DNA from: an uncultured virus (IMG/VR IMGVR_UViG_3300034759_000204) | Taxonomy: Duplodnaviria; Heunggongvirae; Uroviricota; Caudoviricetes | Length of the DNA stretch: 64,000 bases | Virus record (IMG/VR): IMGVR_UViG_3300034759_000204 | Strand: one strand, 5' to 3' | In this document: in pieces, positions 39,833 to 53,866 of the stretch | How positions within the stretch are numbered: position 1 is the stretch's first letter | Layout of the letters: every line of letters starts with the position of its first letter | Position numbers and translations under genes: made by a program | The notes under the pieces: model-generated | Told to the model about the DNA's origin: nothing | Databases searched by the model: none | The model's input: the letters and a program-made list of their open reading frames with translations, nothing else

Positions 39833-40180
39833 ATGGATATAAAAATATCTAATGGTGATTTTTATTTGAATAACGGTATAACATAGATGTTTAGTGAAGA
39901 TAAAGAAATAGAATTTAAAATAAAACAATTATTAAACTCTACAATAGGTAATTTAAGTATAATTCATAAACCTAATAATTTTGATGTTTCTAATGAACCA
40001 ATAAACCTAAACAGTAAAACATAGATTAATAAAATCAAGTCTATGGTTGAAGATGTTTTAAAAAAATTGAATTTGAAATTAAAAGTCGATATTGATTTTA
40101 AGATACTTAATAGTGGAAGAAAAATAACTATTAGTTTTATTTATTTACCAACACAATATAAGTTTAGTATTTTTATTTAA
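39833..40180 (+). CDS. Putative gp25-like baseplate/sheath initiator (115 aa)
   Basis: GAGGG RBS. MDIKISNGDFYL N-terminus. Size and position just before the baseplate J-like gene. Confidence 0.45.
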
Positions 40181-40195
40181 TAGGAGTTGATTTGA

Positions 40196-41371
40196 ATGAT
40201 CTCCAATCTAACAAAGGAAGAATTAAAAACTGATATTTTAAGAAATTTAGAAAATGAAGGCATTGATGTAATAGGTAGTTATGCATTATAGTCATTTTTA
40301 GAAGCCATAACCAACTAGTACGGCGATCAATATGCATATATAAGTGAACAAATAGATAGATAGTTCAATTTAAAACAAGACGATAATCTCACTTATTAGT
40401 TATAGAATATGTTAGGTATAAATGTTAATTATCAGCAAAACACAACTAGTTTGTTTATAAAAATTAAAACAACAAATGGCACTTCAATTAAAGATGTTCT
40501 TAGTTATTAGACTTTAACTAATGGGATATCAGTAGATTATAAAGGTATAACATTTACTGTTAATCTATCTTCATTTAACTATTTAAATTAGATAACAGAA
40601 GAAGAATATAATGTTATAGCTGATGAAAATGAATTAGAGGTTAAATAGAGTGTTGTATATGATACATCTACTTCTTTAACCAAAAATGAATCTTTTAATC
40701 TAACAGATTAGATTGTGTAGGAAATAAAAGATAATATATCTTTAGATTTCACTTTTGGACCTAGTATTAATACTATTAAAACATTAATAACTAATGTTGT
40801 TAAAGGATATATAGATGATACTTATAGTTATAATCAATTGATTTTAAATGAAGAAACAATTAAACAATTAGTACAAGTTTTGGCTAATAAACAGTTTAAT
40901 AACATAGTGTATGTTGATAAACCTAGAGGAGATAATAGTTTTGATGTTATAGTGTATGATTTAAATGTTAATCACACAACTGTAGATTTAGCTGAATAGA
41001 CTTCTAAGTTATCAAAAATTTTGCCTGTTTATATAGATTAGAATATAACAGAACCTATTTATTATAAGTTAAACTTAACTTTTGATATTTAGATATTTGA
41101 AGAAAAATTTGATAACAACGAATTTTTAGATTATATAGAAAAATATTTTTCAACAAATTATAAATCTTTTGACAAAACAGATTTTTGGAATTATATTAAC
41201 AAACATTCTGGAGTTAATAGTGCTGATTAGTAGAATAGTTTAAATGTAGACTTGGTTATTAAAAACATAACTGGAACAGAATTTACTACTTCTGATATCG
41301 AAGTTATCAACTAGTTAGATGATTATAGAATAATTGTAATTGATAACGTAGCAGTCAATACGAGGAGCTGA
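40196..41371 (+). CDS. Baseplate J-like wedge protein (391 aa)
   Basis: AGGAG RBS. L*NMLGI and VDKPRGDNSFDVIVY motifs resemble baseplate J. Ends TGA. Confidence 0.55.
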
Positions 41372-41376
41372 AATTA

Positions 41377-42342
41377 ATGATATATGATTATTTTGAACAA
41401 CTTCCAGATTTTTTTAGTAAAAGTAAAGACACAGTTTAGTATAAACTTATGTATAACTACCTTAAATACTTTAAATATCAACCATTTTAGTAGAGGTAGT
41501 ATAAAAGTATGATGTTTAGTATACTACCTTTTTTTGAATCTGATTTATTAATTGAATTGTAGTCTTTGCCTGTTGGAAAAACATTAGAATTAGAACAAAC
41601 TGGTGTTATAGATTTAGAATAGTTTGTGTATAATCAAATTCAAGGTTTATATCCTAATTTAATATTTAAAAATAACACTACTGTTGAGAAAACTGTTAAA
41701 ACATTTAATTTTAATACTTTGCCAATGAGTTTAAAAGAATATGTGTTTAATAGCCTAAAGTTTTATCAAAAAGATAGTAAGATAAACGTCAAAGATAAGT
41801 TGTATATAGAAGAAGATTAGATAGAAGTTGGAGATTTAAAAACTTATTAGTTTATTGGCAATATATTATATTATACTACTTCTAATTCTTTTGTACTATT
41901 AGATGTTATAAATAGAGAAAAAATATTTGAAATAACAAACTTTTATGTTTCTCTGTCAATGGATACTGATTTTTAGAATTAGACTGATTTAGTTATAATA
42001 CCAAATGGGTTTATAATAAAAAACAATAATGATTATTATAATTATTCTCTGTTATATGATTATTATTATTTATTGAACGATAAATATTATACAACTAATT
42101 ATCTTTTAACAGGTGTTGTAAATAAATTATATAATTTAAATGATTATTTTGATATATATAAAGGGTTAGATAGAAAAAATATTGACAGCCAAACACATTT
42201 TTATATAAATATACTATACAATTTAATAATGAAAAATGAATTTAATAAATTACAAGAATTAGGAATAACTTCAGATAAAAATTTAGGTTATAACAATAAA
42301 TTAGTTATTTTTGAAAATTTAGTTTTGCAAAACATGATTTGA
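41377..42342 (+). CDS. Putative baseplate wedge protein (321 aa)
   Basis: GAGGAG RBS. N-terminal EQLPDFF. Follows the J-like gene and joins track ORFs 41626 and 42073. Confidence 0.5.
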
Positions 42343-42357
42343 AGGAGTTAAAATATC

Positions 42358-44286
42358 ATGCCAATTATAAATGAAATTAAAACTACTGACAAAATATATA
42401 CTCAAAATCAAATTAATTATCTTGAATTATACAACAATTATTTTGGTAATAGATTTGATAATAGAATAGATATAGAATAGAATGGTTCTTACAACTTGAA
42501 TGATTTAAATAATGGTACATTAAAAACTATACTTTTAGTTAGTGATAAATCTATTTATTTCGAAGATGATAACACTTTTTATCAGTTTTTGTTAGTAAAC
42601 AATAATTTTATATTAGATTAGAACACAACTTCTACTAACCCACATATTAATATTGATATTGAAACTAACACAATAACCGCTGTAAATACTAAGGCTACTT
42701 TTGTTTATCAATCAATAGATAAAGTTAGATATGCTTATAAACTTCCAATTATGCCAACTTCTGGTTATGTACATCAAGAATAGAAAGGTTTGTATTTAAA
42801 AGAAGTAAAAGATTAGTATACTTACAAAATTGAATAGTATACAGATGACCTTTATACAATAAAAGATGAAAACACCGTTTATACAGATTAGTATCCTATG
42901 TTATTAAATACTAACTTTTTTTATAACACCACTACACCATCAACTACAGATTTAGGAATTCATACTTCTACTATTATTTAGAATTCTATCAAATCAGATG
43001 TTTTTTAGTTATTAAAAAACAAAAACATATCTGATTATATTTCTTTACCTAAAACTTATAATTTCAATTATGAATTAGTATCAGAAACTAATTTAAATAA
43101 ATATAAAAATCCTGTGTTGACTAATAAAACAAACATAAGCGGTATACCTTTATTCTATTATGATAAAAAAGAATTTCAACTAACAAAAGGTATAACCAAA
43201 AGGTCTTTAGATGATATATCAATCAATGGATTAGAACTTACATTATTTGATGGTACAAGAGTACCAGATAATGAATATGTGTTTGAAGTTTATTTTGATT
43301 ATTAGACTAATAAACTTACTTATTATATTTATACAAACAAAATAAATGAACCATTAATATAGCATATTAATGTAGTTGAAGATGAACAACATTTAGGATT
43401 AAACCTAAAACCAGTTTAGATATGCGATGTTGTAGGTACAGACTATGTTTAGCCAACTGGTTATGAGTTTGTTAGAGAAAATGAAATAATTAATTCTATA
43501 AAACTTGTTGGCTCAAATAATTTTCTTCATCAAAATTAGTTAATTTAGTCTAGATATAAAAATAATGGAAAAATATTAAATATAGATACTAATAATCAGT
43601 ATTTTAAATTAAATACAACAGCTTATAAAGTTAAAGATAAAATATATAAAGTAGAATAGGTTGGAATAAAAAGTATAAACATAAATGGCTCTTCTGTGTT
43701 AGTAGAAAATTTTAATTAGCATAATGGATTTATAAAAACAACAGAAGATTTAGGTTAGGAAATAGAAGTAGAAATAGAATTTGATTTAACTGATTATAAT
43801 TAGATGTTATTAAAAACAGATGATTCAAATGGTAAAGATATTAGGTTGTTATGGAATAACAGTGTTATTGAATTACCTCAAACTAATATTATTTTAGAAA
43901 ACTTGTTAAAAGAAAATATAATTATATATAACAATGAATATATACAATTACAAAATTTAAATGAAATAAATTATATCATAGATTATGGTACTCAACAAAT
44001 AACTTATAATAGATTAATTTTAAATCCAACTTATTATTAGTAGTTAAAAATACCTGTTAGTTTACAAAATACAATTCAAACTTATTATTTAACTACTGAT
44101 GGTACTTTAACAACAAATACTATTGATTATATAGAAATAATAAATTTAAAAAATTTAAATACAAATAATTTTGATTATTTGTAGTTAAGTCAAACAAACA
44201 ACTTAGACTATACAAAAGAAAAAAATATTTTGAATATAAATTCTGAACTATTCAATTATGTTGAACTCAAAAACATAACTTATTAA
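42358..44286 (+). CDS. Hypothetical baseplate/fibre-attachment protein (642 aa)
   Basis: AAGGAG RBS. One frame, including track ORFs 43114 and 43804, to TAA 44284-44286. Confidence 0.6.
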
Positions 44287-44303
44287 GAAAAGGGTGATTT
44301 AAT

Positions 44304-47300
44304 TTGAGTTCTTATCAACAAGAATATAATAATTTGAAAAAATATAATTGGGAACAAATAAATAAAGATGTTAAAACTATCTCTAAATTTTAGGGAGTTT
44401 TTTCTTCATATCAAGAACTGTAGAGATAGGTATAGGGTATAGGCTGGTTTGGTATAGTAACTTCAACAACTGAACGTGGTGTTTATATTAAAACTAACAC
44501 AGGTTGGTTACCTATATCTTCTTCTGAAACTGAGAGTAGTTAGATAAATTTATTTGATGTCTCTTTGCTTTTAGATGTTATGTTAGATAAATATGGAAAC
44601 ACATCTGAACTTGGAACTTTTCATATAGTAGGATTAGAACAAGATAATGAGTTGACTCCTAATTATCTGGTAAACCCTATTATATACAATCAAAGTTCAG
44701 AAATTCTGTTATCTACTAATTTATATTTTAAACTTAATGGTTAGACTATAAATTCTTCATTATTTAAAGGTGAAATTAAAACTGTTTATATACAGGATTC
44801 TACTTATTTAAATGAATTAGTGAATAACCCTAACTATATGTTTGTTAAAGACAGAATTTAGGTTATACATGAAAATCCTGTTGATAATAAATATTATATT
44901 TTAGCTTACAGAAAAATGGTAGACAGCTCATGGCAAGATTAGACTGAATTTATACCTTTGCCAAAAGGACAGTTTTAGTTTGGTGATGGCTGGGATACAA
45001 TAACTACTGTTTCTACTTTTAATAGTACTTTTATCCCTTTATTTTAGCTTTATTATAATCCAAACTTAACAAATACTAGATTCGATTAGGTATATGAAGT
45101 TGATGATGAATATAGAAAAATAAAGTACTTATAGCCTAACCTCAAATCTTCATATTCTAAAATTTATTCTCAATTTACACAATTAAAAAACCAGATTAAT
45201 GTTACAAATGAAAAAATTGAATTAGTTTCACAACAAGATATAAACCATGTATTTGAATCTGATGTTTAGTTGATAGGTAATATAAAGTATTATGATAACA
45301 ATGGTTTTAAATATATAAGTATAGTAAATGAGAATGATACTAATAACAATTAGGTTGTTGTGTTAAATAATACAGATTACGTTAACTTATATGGCCCTTC
45401 ATACAAACTAAATGAACCTGATTACAAATTTTATCTAACAGTAAGTAATGGATTTGTTGATAGATTATTTGGTTTGGAAGACACAAATAATTTCCCAACA
45501 GGTTAGTTTAATTTAGGTAGTATTAGTGGTTATTCTTCTGAAGGTGTAGTTTACATAGTAAAAGAAGAAGATGACAAATGGTATTATTTAAATCCTGCTA
45601 CTGATAAATTTGAAATAATGCCTTAGTATACAGACCCAATTACTCAGAAAATCTATTCAGAAGGCGAATTTGAGGATAGACTTTATAAGATTTAGTTTGT
45701 TGAAATAGAAAATTATGTATTAAAAAACATGTTTAAACATTAGGAATTCTTTATAGACAAACCTTATTCTAATACTTAGGCTATAGATATTAGTAATGGG
45801 CAATATATAGAATTAAGAACTTTTTATATTCCACCAGATTAGCCAACTAAATAGGTTAAAACATCAATTAAAATAGGAAATCCAACTTAGCAAGGTGAAG
45901 TTGGAAGTATTATATTAGATGGTAATGTAATTATAAACGGAAATGTAATACAAAACGGTACTATAAGTTTTGACTCATTGTATGGAGATGTAAAACAAGG
46001 TTTCTATACTTTACAGTTTAATCCTGTTTTTACTACAACCAGAAACGATAATGGCACTATTTTATCTCCTATAAAAACAATACAAGTAAATGCTGTTAGA
46101 AAAACAGATAATTATTTTATACCAACAATAGATAATATAAAGATATTTAAAAATGGAACTCAAATAACAGAAGGACAAGAAATAGAAAATGGTGTTATAT
46201 TAAATCAAATAAATTTATCAACAAGTCAAATAGAATTAGATTGTACTAATCAAACTTATGATTAGAATTTTACTATTAAAACTACTTTTACTGATAATGG
46301 TGAAACTTTTGTTATTCAAGATAATTATATTATAGATTATATAGAAGTTTATCATTAGATTTATAAATATTAGACTTAGAATAAGTATGTTTTTAAATAT
46401 AATCCTAATACTAACACATATCAAGATAACACAATAATTATAAAAGGTTATTATAAAGTTGGTGATGAATAGCCAGCTTATAATTCCATTTATGCTAAAT
46501 ATGGTACAAATACTGTTTATGAAACTAATGGGCAAATTGAAATTACTACTACAGAAACTATTGAAATACAAATATATGATGTTTAGACAGATTATTTAAT
46601 AGATACAATAACTTTCACTAAGTTAGTTGAAGGTGAAGATACTTATAATATTATACTTGACAATGAAAATGTTAGTATCCCAGCTAACGAATATGGAATA
46701 CCAGAAACTGGACTTACATAGATTAGTAATATAACTGTGTTTAAAGGTACAACAGATATTACAAACAGTTGCACTTTTACATAGGCTTAGACAAATTGTA
46801 CTTAGACTATAACTGGAAACCAAATAACACTTTCTGATTTTGTTTAGGATTCTAATGGTGATTAGTATATAGATGTAACTTATAATTCTTAGATTATAGG
46901 AAGTAAAAGAATTGTATTTACTTTAAATAAAAGAGGTTTAACAGGGAAGTATATTGAATATAGATTTAAAAATTAGAAAACACAACCTTAGGCACCAATT
47001 GGTGATAATCCAGCAGATTGGAGTTTAACCTAGGAAACACCATTGCCAGATGAGTACACATGGATGTCAAAGTAGGAAAAACATTCCGATGGCACATTAG
47101 TAGAAGGCGAAGAATGGTCAATACCTACAAGAATAAGTGGTACAAGTAGCTCATTCATAACATCTAAACCTTTAATAGAAATACCTGTTAATCAAGATGG
47201 TTCTAAAGATTATTCTAATGCTAATTTTTATGTTAAATATTTATAGAATAATACACCACAACCTATAACAATAAATTAGACTTAGACTTAGGGTATAACT

Positions 47301-50300
47301 ACAAGTATTACAAATAATGGTACAACACAACCTATAGTTAATATAGTCTCTTAGTCTAATAATGGTGAAATAAATGTTACTATCAATCAGTATTCTGTTA
47401 TAGTACCAGTAGTTTTAAATAGGTAGAGAAATATAACTCATGTTTTACAAATAGAACCTTTAAATGGTACTATTGTAAGAAATTATAATGATATTCTAAA
47501 TTTTAAAGTAAAAGACGTAAATTTAGAAGGTACTGTTAGTTATGTAAATTAGAACTGGCAATTGTTGGCTACTGATGGTACAGTATTAAAAAGTTTTAAT
47601 AATGTTGGCCAAGTAAGTATAAGTACATAGGATTATACTTATCATTAGATTCTTAAATAGGAATACCAAAACGCAACTGATTATATCGATATTTATGATG
47701 CCTATGACACATATATAATTAATATAGAAAGTTTAAATGGAAGTATCGTACAATTTAGGAAAGACGGAACGGTATTTCCAACAGATGGACTCTTATCCTT
47801 CCAAACTAAAATTTATGATACAAATGTTGTGCTACAAAATCATGAAAACTTTTAGTATAACTGGTATATAACTCCTGAACCTGATGGTATTAATTCATAT
47901 TTATATATAGGTACATAGCCTAATGCTACTAACCAAAATTGGGTATATATAGAGAATCCTTCAAGTCACATTGTAAATATACAAATTGGGTATGATTATG
48001 AAGATACAGTAACTTTAAATTGTGAAATAACAGATAATTAGAGTGGGAATAAATATTATCAATCAATTCCCATAACTATAGTTAAAGATGGTGAAAGTTA
48101 GTCTTATATTTTAATTGAAGCAATTGATGGTACAACAATTAAAAATAAGTCAGAACCTTCTAATTTAACTTTTAAATAGCAATATTTTAGAGATAATAGT
48201 TTGATTTAGTTTGAAAATCCAAGTAATGTTGAATGGTATTTAAATAATACACTTGTTGGTTCAGGAACAGAAATTACTTTAACTCCTTAGAATTTCAATT
48301 TAATTTCTAACACATTAAAAGCTAAATATGTGGATTTAGAATACTCAATTAATATATTGAATTTCAGTGAAAATATAAATGTTGAAATAAAAAGTAGTAA
48401 TGGCAACACATTCAAGAATGGCAATGTATCAACTACATTAGATGCAATAACTTATTTAGGATAGGACATAATTACTACAGGATTAACTTATCAATGGTAT
48501 AAAATACAAAATGGTGTTAGAACAGTTTTAACTGGAAAAACATCTAAAACACTAACTATAATTGATTCAGATGTTAGTAAGCAAACTACTTTTGAATGTG
48601 AAGTAAGTTATAATGGCAATGTATATACGGGAAGTATTACGCTATTAGACATAACAGATGCATATTATGTTGCAGTAGACATGCAAAATAATCAAACTAC
48701 CTTTGTAAGTGGTGTTTTTACACCATAGTCTGTTATAATAACACCAAAACTTTTACAAGATGATATTACTATAAATTCTACATTCACTATTTACTTGCCA
48801 AATGGTACAAGTTTAGGTACTGTATAGTCTGGTTCTTCTAAAACTATAAATTATACTTCTATATTTACAGAAGAAGAACGTTAGACAATTAATAACAGTA
48901 AATAGTTAAAAGTTACTACAACTTATAATTCTGTTGTCTATTCACAAAATGTTGTAGTACAAATGAAAAACTCAAATTATACTTGGTTATAGGAATGGAC
49001 TAATAACACACAAATTACTGACAAATCTATAGCAACTGGTAAATTTTTTGCAGGTCAAAAAACAGCTAGTGGGCTTTCAGGTGTATATATAGGTGATACA
49101 TAGAGTTTTTCTGGAGTAACTTTTAATCCTGGTATTACTTAGGTTAAAGATAATACACAAATGTTTTCACTTTATTTAGATACTAATAATGTATATCTAA
49201 ATATAGGTGATACACAAAGATACTTAAAATATGATATGGATAGTGGGATAAACTTAAAATAGCCAGGTTTTACACTAAATTCGTCTGGTTTAAGTTTGAC
49301 TCAAGGTAATATTACATTAGGGACAGACAAAATAAAACTCAATAACGATGGTTCTGGCCACTTAGCTGGGGGCAATATAAGTTGGGGTGTAGACGGTACT
49401 GTTACATTAAATGCTCCTTTAAACGGCCAAGATATTATAGCTAACACCGTAAGTGCTAATGCACTAGATTAGAATAACATCTTCTCTAAGGTTTATACCG
49501 TTAAAACAGGTGGTTAGATACAAAGTGAAGGATTCCCAACTACGGCTGGGTTTAAATTAGATACAACAAATGGCTTACAAATAACTAAAGGAAATATTAC
49601 TCTTGGCACAAATAAAATAAAACTCAATAATGATGGTTCTGGCCACTTAGCTGGAGGCAATATATCCTGGGATATATATGGAAATGCAGATATACACGGA
49701 ACATTGCATGGAGAAGATATTGTCGCTGAAAGTATCACAGCAATCCAAATAGATTCTGATAATTTTTTCTCTAAACATTTCGTAATTAAATAGAACGGTT
49801 AGCTATACAGTGAAGGTCACTCTAATTTTGCTGACACAACTTAGGGTATTTGGTTAGGAAAAGATACAGATTCAAAGTATAAATTTACTGTTGGTGATAC
49901 TAGTACATCAAAATATTTTCAGTTTAATGGTACTAATACTTATTAGGTTGGAGATTTATTTGGGCAATTTATAGGTGATACTTATTTATACAATACTGAA
50001 TTTAAAAAAGATCCTTAGTTAACTAACACATTTAGTGAAATTATATATGATTAGGAATTACAACAATTATATAGATACCCTGAAACAGGATTAGAATTAC
50101 TACGTACTTTTGGTTCTAAACAACAATATATTTTATCATTACAAAACATATAGATACAACCAAAGGACCAATACTAGCCACAAACAAACACAAGTGGAGT
50201 AAGTAATACATATACTGAAGTTGATCAGGATAATCCATATAGTACTACAACATCAGGTATAAACTAGCCATTTTATAGAGTAGAAGTTCGTTTATATAAA

Positions 50301-51107
50301 ACTTTTCCTGCTAATTATTTTAAAAATGAAGCTGGTGGGCAAAAAGTATATCAAACATTAGTGTTTGATTTTACTTCTAATATTTTATATGGTTAGTATT
50401 CATCAAGCACAAATCAAGTTTCAGTTAAATTTAATAATAGTACAAGAGAAGTAACTGTTGATTTAAAAAATAATGTTGGAACAATTATAAAAACTATTGC
50501 CAAAAAATAGAGATCTGATATAGAAAAAATAGATTATAGAACTTTTTAGTAGATTAAACAAGGAACAAATAATGTAGTTGACAATGGAATGTCATATACA
50601 TTTACGACAAGAGATATGGGACATTAGTTAGTACAAATACAAGCTGACCCTGATTAGAGTCAAGAAACATTAGTAAAATTTAATAAAGGCGTAATAACTA
50701 ATAATGTGTATGGTATAGTTAAATAGAGAACATTCGATGGTACAGCTACATAGGCTTATCTTGCTGATTTATAGGAAAAGTTATGGACTGATGAAGAGTT
50801 AAAACCAGGAACACCAGTACAAATAAAAAAAGGTAAAATAGTCAAGGCATATAATCCTTTTAAAAAAGTTTGGATAACTTCATCTAATCCAGGATTCATA
50901 TTAGGATAGAAAAGAGAAGGATAGGTAAATGTTGGTTTAGCTGGTACAATTACTGTTAATTTAAAATAGCATGTTGATGATGAAATATGCTTAGATATGA
51001 AAGGTAATTTGAAAATAGTAACTTTTTTTGATAAGCTAACAAGAAAATATATTATAGGTAAAGTATTAAAAACAGAAGAAAATGAATCATTAATTCTTCT
51101 TTATTAA
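44304..51107 (+). CDS. Large tail fibre/spike protein (~2267 aa) with Ig-like repeats and C-terminal chaperone-like domain
   Basis: TTG start after AAGGGTG. Ig-like segments (SSNGNTFKNGNVSTTLDA, LTYQWYK), a duplicated KIKLNNDGSGHLAGGNISW, and C-terminal GTAT*AYLADL*EK..GITSSNPGFILG..VGLAG. Ends TAA. Confidence 0.65.
49297..49770 (+). repeat. Internal duplicated module in tail fibre (~95-aa spacing)
   Basis: TQGNITLGTDKIKLNNDGSGHLAGGNISW at ~49300 recurs as TKGNITLGTNKIKLNNDGSGHLAGGNISW at ~49585, with near-identical DNA. Confidence 0.75.
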
Positions 51108-51121
51108 GGGTGTTGTTTTAA

Positions 51122-53758
51122 ATGGCTAATACTTCTAATGATATAATTACAATATATTCTAATACAGGTTTAAATGTTGGTGTACCAGCAAGCACAACAA
51201 TTGGTGGTTAGCTTGTTTATACTTTTAATTCAACATATAGCTATAGTTCTGGTGTGTTAGAAGTTAATATAGTTGATGCAGAAGGTGGAGTAAAAGTTGG
51301 ATTTAACGATGCTGAATTATATAGTTTAAAAGATGATGATAATTAGACTAGCATATTTACTGTTAGACTACCAGAAATAGTTGTTGGTACTAACAAAATA
51401 CAAATATGGTCTACTACAAGTGATGGTGCAACTTTAAAAGGTTTAGTTGTAAAAGCTGGTGTAAAATAGAATATTGCTAGAACAGGTAAAATAAATAAAA
51501 TTATTGATAAAGTTAAATAGTTATATGATTTTTATAACACAACAACAGTAGAAGGAATAGCAGGTTTACCCCCTATACCAACTAAATTATGGAAAAGAAG
51601 TAAATTAGCTAAATCCAAAATTGATGAATTAAAAAATTTAGTATCTGCTAATTTTGGCAGTTTTACTTGCCATTATGACGCAAGTACAATCTTAAATGAC
51701 GAAGTTATAGAACAAATATATAACAAAATAGAAAACTATCTCCCAAACTAGGCTTGTTATATACAAGATTATTACAGACCTTGTGGTTGTGATAATGAAT
51801 GTGACATACATACTTGTAGATGTGATGGTAGATGTCATGGATATTCTAGCTGTGATTGTAATAGCAGACAGTATAACTTTACTTGTGACTGTTACCAAGT
51901 AGCTTATGGTGGTACATGCACATGTTATGAATGGAGCTACGAAACATGTGAATGTTATTGGTAGCACTATGGCTATTGTGTGACAGATGGTTGTTATTGT
52001 AATGGGACATGTTATGAAGATAATATTTGTTTTCCATATTATACATGTGTGTGTGATAACGTAGCTCATATAATCCCATGTTCATGTGACAACTAGTGCC
52101 ATGGTTTTTCTGCATGTGATTGTGACTTTACATGTGATGGATATGATGCTTGTTCTTGCCATAATTCCTGTCATGGTTATTCGGCATGCAGTTGTGATGG
52201 CCCATGCGATATATATGGCTGTGGTTGCTATAATACCTGTCATGGCCATTCTACATGTAGTTGTAACAGCAGATGTTATGGTGGATATTCTACTTGTAGC
52301 TGTAATAATACTTGTGATGGCTATTCTAGCTGCAGTTGTAATAACACTTGTTATGGTGGATATTCTGATTGTTATTGCAATTATGCAAAGTATGGATATG
52401 TTGGGTGTTCATGCAATAATACTTGCTATGGTGGATATTCTACTTGTAGTTGTAATAATACTTGTGACGGTTATTCTAGTTGTACATGTAATAACAGATG
52501 TTATTTATATTCATGTCCATGTGATGGAGCCTGTAATTAGTATAGTAGTTGTTCCTGTAATGACAGATGTTATGAATATTAGTATAATTATTGTCAATGC
52601 TATAATACTTGTTATGGATTTAGTTCGTGTAGTTGCAATAATTCAAGTTATTCTAGCTGTTATTGTGATGATAGTTGTTATGGATATTCTTCCTGCGATT
52701 GCAATAGTACATGTTATGGATATGATGCTTGTTCTTGCCATAATACCTGCTATCCTTTTACCCCATGCGGTTGTGATAATTCATGTTACGGATTTGATGC
52801 TTGTTCTTGCCATAATACCTGTGATGGCTATTCGGCATGTAGTTGTAACAACAAATGTGATGGATATGACGCTTGTTCTTGTCATAATGTCTGTTATGGT
52901 TATTCTATATGTAGCTGTAACAACACATGTGATGGATATAGTTGCGACTGTGATAACACATGCGATGGTTATTCTTCATGTAGTTGTAATAATACTTGCT
53001 ATGGTGGATATTCTACTTGCAGTTGTAATAACACTTGTGATGGTTTTATTGCATGTAGTTGCAATAGCATATGTGATGGATACGGTTCTTGTGTCCCTTA
53101 TGGAGAAGTATGTTAGTGTAATGCACAAGAAGATGGTACTTGTACCTGTGAAAGTGCATACAGATATGCAACATGTACATGTTATTATGTCAAATATAAC
53201 TATAATGAATTTTGTGAAACTTCATGTTATTCATTTAATGTTTGTAGTTGTAATAATGCATGCTATGGAGAAACATGCTCATGTAATAATATTTGTCATG
53301 GATATGAAGCTTGCGATTGTTATGATAGATGTTATGAATATGATTGTTCTTGTAACTACTAGACATATGGGTTTCAATGTTAGAATTGCTATTCTTCTAA
53401 TTATAGTTGTTCTAGTTTTGAATATAATTGTTAGTGTGATATTACATGTGATAGTTATGATTATTGTCCAACACATAATACATGTTCTGCATTTAGCACA
53501 TGTGACTGTTTTGCTACTTGTTATGATGATACTTCAATTAATACATGTACTACATTTACACCATGCAATTGCGATATTTCATTGTATGATGGGTGTACAA
53601 AATACGGAATATGTTCGGCCAATGAAGGGGGCGTTTGCACAAGTCATGTTGAACCATAGGCATGTGATGGATATACATAGCCACAGCCTACTGAGGACAC
53701 ATCAGTTACATGTACATCAGATGGTACAATTGATTGTACAAGTTATGTGCCACAGTAA
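51122..53758 (+). CDS. Cys-rich repeat protein (878 aa): ~210-aa N-terminal region plus ~660 aa of CxCxxxC repeats; probable radical SAM modification target
   Basis: ATG 51122, open through about 15 TAGs to TAA 53756-53758. Translation reads CSCNNTCDGYSS-CSCNNTCYGGYSD-CYCNYAKYGYVG-CSCNNTCYGGYST... The true frame is offset from track ORF 52086..53774. Confidence 0.85.
51780..53620 (+). repeat. Degenerate 36-39 bp coding tandem repeat (12-13 aa, usually three Cys per unit)
   Basis: Recurring TGTAGTTGTAATAATACTTGTGATGG / GGTGGATATTCTACTTG / GATGCTTGTTCTTGCCATAAT units. Confidence 0.85.
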
Positions 53759-53866
53759 ACTATCATTTTGCTAAAGACTCAATGGTTTCCTTAAATGAAT
53801 TTTAAATAAAACTGTTAAAACAAATTATAATTTAAGTAGAAAATTATATAAAGGAGTTAATTTTTA

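Noticed and set aside
51780..53620. CRISPR array (36-39 bp periodicity)
   Set aside because: Units are degenerate codon-level repeats with no constant repeat plus unique spacer structure.
52086..53774. 562-aa hydrophobic (V/I/M/L-rich) ORF in the supplied track
   Set aside because: Shadow frame of the Cys-repeat gene: TGT/TAT/AAT runs read off-frame give Val/Met/Ile. It has no RBS, whereas the Cys frame has a proper start at 51122 and fits the adjacent SPASM enzyme.
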